NCBI GenBank assembly: GCA_963822445.1
Contig: CAWGHO010000003.1
Coordinates: forward strand, 160,001-224,000
Reading direction: 5' to 3'
Source: an uncultured Acidobacteriota bacterium
GTDB taxonomy: Bacteria > Acidobacteriota > Thermoanaerobaculia > Gp7-AA8
Length of the DNA stretch: 64,000 bases
Shown in pieces: positions 56,830 to 64,000 of the stretch. Position 1 is the first letter of the stretch, and each line of letters opens with the position of its first letter. The notes beneath the pieces are model-generated. The model saw only the letters and a list, made by a program, of their open reading frames with translations. It had not been told where the DNA came from and searched no databases. The translations under genes and the position numbers were made by a program.

Positions 56830-57367
56830 AACGTCCCCTCACCCTCCGCCGCACCCCCGCCCAGTAAATGACGTAGTAACCCAGCACCGCCGCGCCCGCG
56901 CCCATCGAGCCGGCCGCGCCGGACGATGCGATCCAGGACTCGCCGGCAGGCGTGGTCTGCCAGGCGTGCCAGGCGCGCCAGAAGCCGTAGAAAATCCGCG
57001 CGGTCACGATCAGGGTGATGATCAGGATCAGCCAGCGATTCGGCGTGTAGTGCAGGCCCTGATGCGACGTCTCCCAGCGGCTCAAAGCCAGTCCGAGGAA
57101 GCCCAGCGCGTAGCCGCAGGCGGAGCCGATGAGCGCGTAGCGGAACGCGTTCGGAATCCAGGCGTTGCTGATCGCCGCCGTCACGAGCAGGACAGTCGAT
57201 GACAGCAGCGCCGCGAACAGGTTCAGCGAGATCAGCCAGCCCCACGCGCGCCGCCGCGTCGATCCCGCGCGAAAGCGCATGGCGATCGACAGCGGCAGCA
57301 TGACCACCATGAAAACGAACACGCCGGCGATCACCGCGGCGACGGCAAGTAAAGGCACGCCCCGCAC
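56828..57367 (-). CDS. DUF1453-like membrane protein
   Basis: Five to six hydrophobic segments; LHYTPNRWL motif. Confidence 0.7.
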   Translation of the reverse strand: MRGVPLLAVAAVIAGVFVFMVVMLPLSIAMRFRAGSTRRRAWGWLISLNLFAALLSSTVLLVTAAISNAWIPNAFRYALIGSACGYALGFLGLALSRWETSHQGLHYTPNRWLILIITLIVTARIFYGFWRAWHAWQTTPAGESWIASSGAAGSMGAGAAVLGYYVIYWAGVRRRVRGR

Positions 57368-57375
57368 TGGAGCAA

Positions 57376-60300
57376 TTACTCGGCCGGGTTTGCTGCGTCC
57401 GCCGTGTTGTCCTCCGGCTTGCGATCGAGCAGGGTGTGATCGGGATCGATGGCCGCGCTCGCGGGCTTGCGCGCCGACGTCACGATCACCGTGATCGTCT
57501 GCGTTCCCGACCGGATGCGATGCGGGTTACGGTAGATCGATTTTCCGCCGTCATCGAACACAGCGACTTCGATCGCGTCGTTCATCGGCACCGGCTTCTC
57601 TTTCCCCATCGCGTTGCCTTTGAGCTTCTGCGCCTCGACTTCCAGCTCAACTCGATAAGTCCCGTTGACCGCCGCCCGCACATCGACCTTCTTCGTCTTC
57701 AGATCCCAGAAGGTGATCTCCTCGAACAGTTCCTTGAGCAGGTAGTGCATGTCCGGCGGCGTAGCCGCACGAAGCTCGGCGTAGAGATCGAGCGAGGTCG
57801 CGAACGGCGGCCGTTGCGGATCGAACTTCGCCAGCAGATTGCGCAATGCGCCGTTGACGCGATCCACGCCGGCCAGCTCGCGCAGCGCGTACATCGCGAA
57901 CGGACCGGTGCGATAGGCATCGAGGCGGTCCCACGCGCGAAGCAGCGGAACCTCGCGGGTCTGGTGCGGAGCCATGTACTCGCGCCGCATGATCCGCAGA
58001 AGCCGATCGAGATGGTCGCGGCCGTAGGTCTGTTCGACGACGAGCATCGCGCTGTACCAGGCCAGGCTCTCGCTCAGAATCGGCGCGCCCTCGACCACGG
58101 CCGGCACGAGCTGGTGACCCCACCACTGATGCCCCATCTCGTGCGCCATGACCGCAAACGGGAAATCGATCTTCCGTTCATCATCCTCGACGCGAACCAG
58201 CGCGAACCCCTCCGAATACTCGATCATCCCCGGGAACGACGTCAGTCCCAGTCCGCGGCCGGTGCTCGGGTATTCGACGAGCCGCAACTGCTTATGCGGA
58301 TACGGGCTGTAGTGGCGCGTGTGATAGTCGAGCGAGGCCCTGGTGCTCTGCAGCATCCGCTCGAGGTTTCGGGTGTGCGGCGGATGATGGAGGATCTCGA
58401 TGTGGACGTCCTTCCACTTCGCCCGATGGACCGCGTACTTTGCCGAATAGATCGCATACGAGTTGGCGATCGGCAGGTCGGTCACATAGTGAAAGTAGCG
58501 GCGGCCGTTCTCGGTCCAGGTGCGTTGTAGTTGACCGGGAGCGACGCCGGTTTGATTCGCGTCCGTCCCGATGATCGTCTCCAGCTCGATCTTCTCGCGG
58601 CCCCGCTGCACGCTCCGCGCGGCCACGTCCTCGAGCGCGGGAATCGAGCGCTGCTTCGGGAGCCCGTGCCGCTTGCGCGGAGCGTCGTACTGCAGCTCGC
58701 GGCTCGGTTGATAGCCGACGAACGGAAGCCATTGCCGGTCGCCGTGATTGTGATCGGCGCGATGTTGAATCCAGGAGCCGTTGCCGGTCACGCTCGGAAT
58801 CCAGCCGTTGTTCCCGAATCCGCGCGGCGCGGAGACGATCTCGAAATTCATCCGCACCGACTCGCCGGGCTGCACCGGTTTGCCGAGCGCGTAGATGTGG
58901 TAGCCATGTTCTTCGTCGGTGAGGACATTGCGCGACGGGCGATCGAACGACACGTCGTTCGTCTCGACCTCCGGATACACGACGAGATGAATCGCGTCGA
59001 TGGCGGCGGTGCTCCGGTTCTCCAGTCGATAGCTGCCACGAATCGTGGCCGCCTTCTTCTCGGGATAGAAATCGACCTGCAGTTTCGTCGCGGCCAGCAG
59101 CGGTTGCGCGAGCGATCGATACTTGCCATACCGCCGCTCATACTCCGCGCGGTGCTCGTCGCGCTCGGCGTCGGTCCAGTAGGGGTTCAGGACGTTCGTG
59201 TTGTAGAAAACGAAGCCGCCCGCGCCGGCGATGATCGCCAGCGCGACCGCGGCAATCACCGAAGGCCACCGCGTCAGCCGCCGCCGCGCGAGCGAAGCAC
59301 GCCAGCGAAGGGCGCGCTCTTCCCCGCGCATCCAGAACAGATACGCCACGACGCCGCACAGCAACGCCCAGCCCAACCAGTACGACGTGAACCAGAGCCA
59401 CGGCCCGACCTGCGCGCCGAATCCGCTCATCTGCGAGTATGCCGGTTCGGGTGCGCTGCCGTAGAGCAGGAGGTTGTGCTCGATGCCGAGCTCGCGCGCC
59501 AGCTGCATGCCGATGTAGGCCAGCACGGCCACGACGTTGCCGACGTACTTCTGATTCACCAGAACGTGAATCAGCATCGCCAGCGCCGCGAACAGCAGGT
59601 AGCCGCTGAGCTGGAAGCCGAAGAGCATCTTCAGGTAGAGCCCGAGCTCGATGTCGTGGAAACCGAGCATCGCCTGCACCGTCACGCCGGACGCGAGAAA
59701 GATCACCTCGGTGATGACGAGCATCAGGCCGAGGGCCAGGAACTTGCCAAGGAAGGAGACCCATTCGGGGACTGGCGCCACGTCGGCGATGGCGTTCACG
59801 CGTGCGTCGCGCTCCCGCCAGACCAGCGTTCCCGCGGAGAACGCGACCAGGATCGCGACGAGTCGCGCGAGCTCGCCCGCGGCGAAGACGTCGGCCACCC
59901 GCGCGGTCGTCGCCGCCCCCGGCGTCCCCAACTCGACCTCGAGCACCTCCGCCGTCGTGGCGATGAAGAGGATCGCCGTGAACGGCACGATCAGCCACGC
60001 CCGGCCCTTGTGGAGGTTTTGCAGAGATGCGACGGCAACCGCGAACAGTTGCCGCATGCGCGTGCGGACGCCGAACGTGCGCCGGGCTGTGGGAACTGTG
60101 ATGCCGGTCCAGCGGACGGTGGGCACGTCGTCGATTGTCGCCTTGCGTCCCCAGCTCCATCCGCGGCTGCCCGCGGCAACCGCGGCGAATCGAAAGCGTG
60201 CATGCGCGATCGCGAGCACGACCAGCGCGACGCCGAGCCAGAGCAGGCGGTTCGAGAGGAGCGGGCCTTCGAACGCGATCGCCATCGTGTTTTTCTGCAG

Positions 60301-60978
60301 CGGGTTGTAAGTCCGCCAGAGCGAGACCAGTGCGGTGTAGCCGAGGGGATCGAGGAGCCTGGCCAGGGGCCAGTTGTGGAGGCGGCCGGCGATGAAACCC
60401 TGGGCGATGAACGCGGAGAAGAAGAGGACCACCGCGCCCGCGTAGGCCGCGCCGGCGCGACGGCTGAGCGTCGCCAGCGAGAAGAGCACCGCCGTGGCCA
60501 CGAACGCATTCGGCAAAGCCAGGAAGAAGTAAGCCGTCAAATACCCCTCGGCACGAAAGGGCCCGAGCAGCTCCGGCCCCATGCCCGGCATCCACGTCGC
60601 CATGAGCAACGCCAGCGGAACCGCGCCGAGAAGGAGCGCGTTGACGGCGAACGCGCCGAGAAAGCGGCCGCTGACGTACAAGCCTTTGCGCAGAGGCGTG
60701 GTGTAGAGGAGTGAGTCGAGACGCAATTCGCCATCGCGCGTCGCGGCGTCACTGGCGACTGCCGCCGTGACCAGCAGCGACAGCATGCTGGCGATGATGG
60801 TGATCAGGCCGATGACGACCGGTGCGTTGAAGAAGTAACCGTCATCGCGCGCGTCGAGGAAGATGATGAAGTCCAGCGCCAGCGCGAATCCAAAAAAGAT
60901 CGCGAAGTAGATCCGCGTCGAGATGCGGCTGACCTGATAACCGAGCTCGAAGCGGAAGACCTCCCAGGTCTTCGTCAT
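57376..60978 (-). CDS. ABC-2 permease fused to M1 aminopeptidase
   Basis: Two multi-TM blocks followed by AHEMGHQWWG...ESLAWY. Confidence 0.9.
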   Translation of the reverse strand: MTKTWEVFRFELGYQVSRISTRIYFAIFFGFALALDFIIFLDARDDGYFFNAPVVIGLITIIASMLSLLVTAAVASDAATRDGELRLDSLLYTTPLRKGLYVSGRFLGAFAVNALLLGAVPLALLMATWMPGMGPELLGPFRAEGYLTAYFFLALPNAFVATAVLFSLATLSRRAGAAYAGAVVLFFSAFIAQGFIAGRLHNWPLARLLDPLGYTALVSLWRTYNPLQKNTMAIAFEGPLLSNRLLWLGVALVVLAIAHARFRFAAVAAGSRGWSWGRKATIDDVPTVRWTGITVPTARRTFGVRTRMRQLFAVAVASLQNLHKGRAWLIVPFTAILFIATTAEVLEVELGTPGAATTARVADVFAAGELARLVAILVAFSAGTLVWRERDARVNAIADVAPVPEWVSFLGKFLALGLMLVITEVIFLASGVTVQAMLGFHDIELGLYLKMLFGFQLSGYLLFAALAMLIHVLVNQKYVGNVVAVLAYIGMQLARELGIEHNLLLYGSAPEPAYSQMSGFGAQVGPWLWFTSYWLGWALLCGVVAYLFWMRGEERALRWRASLARRRLTRWPSVIAAVALAIIAGAGGFVFYNTNVLNPYWTDAERDEHRAEYERRYGKYRSLAQPLLAATKLQVDFYPEKKAATIRGSYRLENRSTAAIDAIHLVVYPEVETNDVSFDRPSRNVLTDEEHGYHIYALGKPVQPGESVRMNFEIVSAPRGFGNNGWIPSVTGNGSWIQHRADHNHGDRQWLPFVGYQPSRELQYDAPRKRHGLPKQRSIPALEDVAARSVQRGREKIELETIIGTDANQTGVAPGQLQRTWTENGRRYFHYVTDLPIANSYAIYSAKYAVHRAKWKDVHIEILHHPPHTRNLERMLQSTRASLDYHTRHYSPYPHKQLRLVEYPSTGRGLGLTSFPGMIEYSEGFALVRVEDDERKIDFPFAVMAHEMGHQWWGHQLVPAVVEGAPILSESLAWYSAMLVVEQTYGRDHLDRLLRIMRREYMAPHQTREVPLLRAWDRLDAYRTGPFAMYALRELAGVDRVNGALRNLLAKFDPQRPPFATSLDLYAELRAATPPDMHYLLKELFEEITFWDLKTKKVDVRAAVNGTYRVELEVEAQKLKGNAMGKEKPVPMNDAIEVAVFDDGGKSIYRNPHRIRSGTQTITVIVTSARKPASAAIDPDHTLLDRKPEDNTADAANPAE

Positions 60979-61886
60979 CGCGCGGCCTGAAGCGCCGGGA
61001 TCTGCAGACCGTAGTGGCCGTTCATCACGCTGAAGTAGACGTCCTGCAGATCAGGCTCCACGGCGTGGAATGCCGGCGACGGCGCGTGATCGCTCCACAT
61101 CCGCACGAGCGTGCGGCCGGAGAGGAGCTTGGTCGAGAGCATGGCGTGCTCCTGTTCGACGGCCGGCAGTTCTTCTTTGGTCACGACCCGTTCCCACACG
61201 CGTCCGCGCATTTCCTCGACCGCTGCGAGCGGCTCGGCCTCGAGGAGAATCCGCCCCTTGTCGATGATGGCCATGCGGGTGCAGAGCTCAGAGACGTCTT
61301 CGACGATGTGCGTGGAGAGGATGACCACGCTGTTCTCCCCGAGCTCGCTGAGCAGATTGAGAAAGCGGACGCGCTCCGCGGGATCGAGGCCGGCGGTCGG
61401 CTCGTCGACGATCAGCAGCTTCGGGTTGCCGAGGAGGGCGATGGCGATGCCGAAGCGCTGGCGCATGCCGCCGGAGTAGCCGCCGAGCTTCTGCTTGCGC
61501 ACGTCCCAGAGGTTGGTCTGCTTGAGCAACGCTTCGACGACGGCGCGGCGCTCGCCGCGATCGGCGATGCCTTCGAGAATGGCGAAGTGCTCGAGCAGTT
61601 TTTCGGCGGTGACGTGGCGATACACGCCGAAGTCCTGGGGCAGATAGCCGAGCGTCTCGCGTACGGCAGCTTTCTGGCGGACGACGTCGATGTCCCCGAG
61701 GTGGATCGTGCCTTCATCCGGTTCCTGAAGCGTGGCCAGGATGCGCATGAGCGTCGACTTGCCGGCGCCGTTCGGCCCGAGGAGTCCGAACATGCCCGCC
61801 GGGATGGTGAGGCTGACGTTCTGCAGTGCCTTGACGCCGTTCGGATAGGTTTTGGACAGGTTGTCGATGCGGAGATCGAGGGCCAT
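60975..61886 (-). CDS. ABC transporter ATP-binding protein
   Basis: GPNGAGKS, YSGGM, IVDEPT, STH. Confidence 0.93.
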   Translation of the reverse strand: MALDLRIDNLSKTYPNGVKALQNVSLTIPAGMFGLLGPNGAGKSTLMRILATLQEPDEGTIHLGDIDVVRQKAAVRETLGYLPQDFGVYRHVTAEKLLEHFAILEGIADRGERRAVVEALLKQTNLWDVRKQKLGGYSGGMRQRFGIAIALLGNPKLLIVDEPTAGLDPAERVRFLNLLSELGENSVVILSTHIVEDVSELCTRMAIIDKGRILLEAEPLAAVEEMRGRVWERVVTKEELPAVEQEHAMLSTKLLSGRTLVRMWSDHAPSPAFHAVEPDLQDVYFSVMNGHYGLQIPALQAAR

Positions 61887-61975
61887 TGCCGGGTTATTAC
61901 GTGCGGGGAAGGAAAAGGTGCACAGGGGCAAAAGCGCTGCCGCGTTGGCGCGGTGCGCTCACAGGCGATGGTGCT

Positions 61976-64000
61976 TCATGGTCGATGATTCGCGGCCCCC
62001 AGCACCGCGAAAGCTGCCCAGCGACGGATCTCCCGATTACCGCCGAGTGCTTCGAGTTGTGCGGCGCGAAGTGCTTCAGATGGCGCTACACCCCGCGACA
62101 GGTGTTTGTGAAGTGCGGTGACCAACGGGGCAGCTTCCCGGTCATCGATGTCCCAGAGTGTGCCGATGACCGCTGAGGCGCCGGCTACGAGGAATGCACG
62201 CGAGAGGCTCGATACACCCTCCACCGCGGCGTTGCGGCCGGTCATGGTGCTACATGCAGCCAGGACGACCCAGGGATGACGGCTCAACTTCAATTGTGCG
62301 ATCTGCCGTGAGGTCACGGTGTCGCCCGATGCGCAGATCAGGGCGGAGCGAGCCGGCTCGTGCTTATCGACGACTGCGTGGCCGGCGAAGTAAATGACCT
62401 GATGACTGGCTGCCATTGCGGTAAAGCGGGCCGCCGTCGCTTCTTTGCCAGCGAGAAGATCTGATCGTTGGTAATTGCGCGCCGCTTCGCGCGCTTCGGC
62501 CTCCGCAACATGTAGGGACGGGTAACGCTCGCCCGCGAGCGGATTCGCGTAGATGAGGGCCGACGCAGGTCGATAATTACCGCCGGCCGACAGGCGATCG
62601 ACAATTGCGGCGAAAATAGAGGCGCTCGGCGCCGTCGCGAGGGTGACCCGCTCGATCAGATACGCGCCTGACCTCGGATCGAGTAAAGCGGCAAACGGTA
62701 CGCGTTGCAGGACGTCGTCAGCAACGATCGTCACCGCGCGCACACCCGACAGTTCCGCTCGGATCGGTTCGATCACCAGTTCGTGCAGCTCCACAGACGC
62801 CGCGCGAGCGACGTGATCATCGCGACGTTCGGACAGAGCGTCGACGAACCTCAGTGCCGTTTGCGCAACGCGGTCGCGCGAAGCCAGCACGATGCGGTGA
62901 TTGAGGTGATCCTGCGTGATCACGAAGATGACTAACCGGTCCGTGAGAGCTACGTACTCGAGCAGTACCGCACCGGGCGCGAGACGACGCTGCACCTCAG
63001 CCAGCGGAGCGATTGGAGGCGCATCGGCATCTTCGATCTGCTCGAGCGCCGTCCGGGCGCGGCCCCGCTCGACGTACGCGAGCGCCGTCGCTGGATCGTT
63101 CCGGTGCAGGTGGAGCGCCACGGCCTCCTCGAACAGATCCGATGCGTCGTCGAAAATGCCTGGACGGATCTCGGCATCGCGGATGGTTGTCCGTTGCCGC
63201 TCGAGCTCACGGATGCCCTCGTCGAAGTCGTGGTGCGCCGCTTCCAACGCGCCCGAAGCGAGGTGAATGCGACCTCTGGCGAGGTGTAGCTCCGGAAGGA
63301 GGATTGGCCGCGACGCATGCTTCTGATACGCGATCGCCGAGGTGAGGAGAGTAGCCGAGCGCCGTGGGTTTATCCGCCGGAGGATCATGCCCTCCACGGC
63401 ATCGATGTCTGACAAGAGCGTGTAGCGCAAGTGGTTCGCAGCGATTCGCACGGCCGAAGCGCGCGCACGAAGAAGCGCCTCTGCTGCCAGCCTCCGGTTC
63501 CCGAGATGTGACTCCGCCGTCGCGTCACGCAGGAATAGGTCGGCGTCCAAGCCGTCGTCCTTCTGCACGTGAATGAGCGCCGCCTCGAGACGCTGAACGG
63601 CGCGTGCCCACGTCCAGCGGTGACCTCTTAACTCGGTGCGCGAAAGTGCAGCGAGGATCACTCGTACGCGATCGAGATCTCCCGCAGCGGACGCATTTCG
63701 AAGCGCGGAGAAGCAGTGGCGCCTCGCCGTCGCCGCCTGACCGACGAAGTCGTAATCCTCGCAGAGGATTGCTTCAGCCGCAGCGACGTTTCCGCGCTCG
63801 CCGAGGGAGCGGGAGATGACCACAGATTCAGCAGCCGCGTCGAGAGATGCGGACCAATGTCCCTGCACTGCCTCGGCCAGCGCAATCTCGAGTTGAATAC
63901 GTGCCATTAATGCCTTATGTGTCCCGCCGGCTCGCCGTTCGTCTGCGAGAAGCCGCCTCTGAATCTCGAGGGCCTCGTTGGGGCGACCCATCTTCAGCGT
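61976..64000 (-). CDS. CHAT-domain (caspase-like) TPR protein, 5' end outside window
   Basis: Helical repeats, then FAGHA and LAACST dyad motifs, GTLWDIDD, ALRAAQL, WAAF. Confidence 0.88.
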   Translation of the reverse strand, partial: TLKMGRPNEALEIQRRLLADERRAGGTHKALMARIQLEIALAEAVQGHWSASLDAAAESVVISRSLGERGNVAAAEAILCEDYDFVGQAATARRHCFSALRNASAAGDLDRVRVILAALSRTELRGHRWTWARAVQRLEAALIHVQKDDGLDADLFLRDATAESHLGNRRLAAEALLRARASAVRIAANHLRYTLLSDIDAVEGMILRRINPRRSATLLTSAIAYQKHASRPILLPELHLARGRIHLASGALEAAHHDFDEGIRELERQRTTIRDAEIRPGIFDDASDLFEEAVALHLHRNDPATALAYVERGRARTALEQIEDADAPPIAPLAEVQRRLAPGAVLLEYVALTDRLVIFVITQDHLNHRIVLASRDRVAQTALRFVDALSERRDDHVARAASVELHELVIEPIRAELSGVRAVTIVADDVLQRVPFAALLDPRSGAYLIERVTLATAPSASIFAAIVDRLSAGGNYRPASALIYANPLAGERYPSLHVAEAEAREAARNYQRSDLLAGKEATAARFTAMAASHQVIYFAGHAVVDKHEPARSALICASGDTVTSRQIAQLKLSRHPWVVLAACSTMTGRNAAVEGVSSLSRAFLVAGASAVIGTLWDIDDREAAPLVTALHKHLSRGVAPSEALRAAQLEALGGNREIRRWAAFAVLGAANHRP

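Overview
High-GC chromosomal window. Gene style (Hanks kinases with PD40/TPR sensors, CHAT protein, DUF11/IPTL-CTERM protein, GC-rich REP-like repeats) suggests Acidobacteriota, probably Thermoanaerobaculia; this is an inference. It holds about 55 CDS; I found no rRNA, tRNA, CRISPR or transposase. Ordinary content: modABC/modE, dcp, mscL, creD with a two-component system, a GGDEF sensor, a MocR regulator, an ABC/M1 peptidase pair and a DUF4160/DUF2442 toxin-antitoxin pair. Three loci stand out. (1) 31.3-39.8 kb: a five-gene redox operon encoding a signal-less tandem cupredoxin with Glu at the axial-Met positions, a Tat multicopper oxidase, a membrane-anchored RoxA/MauG-like dihaem cytochrome c, a GMC flavoenzyme and a DUF4331-like protein. 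(2) 19.8-24.3 kb: a cytoplasmic patatin + S8 protease + MBL-fold hydrolase operon behind a sigma54-like promoter and a 58-aa ORF, resembling a protease-activated defence/cell-death module. (3) 0.1-1.3 kb: an AT-richer adenylyl-cyclase gene between an attI-like site and an attC site, i.e. an integron cassette with no integrase next to it. All calls are from manual motif reading, not database searches.
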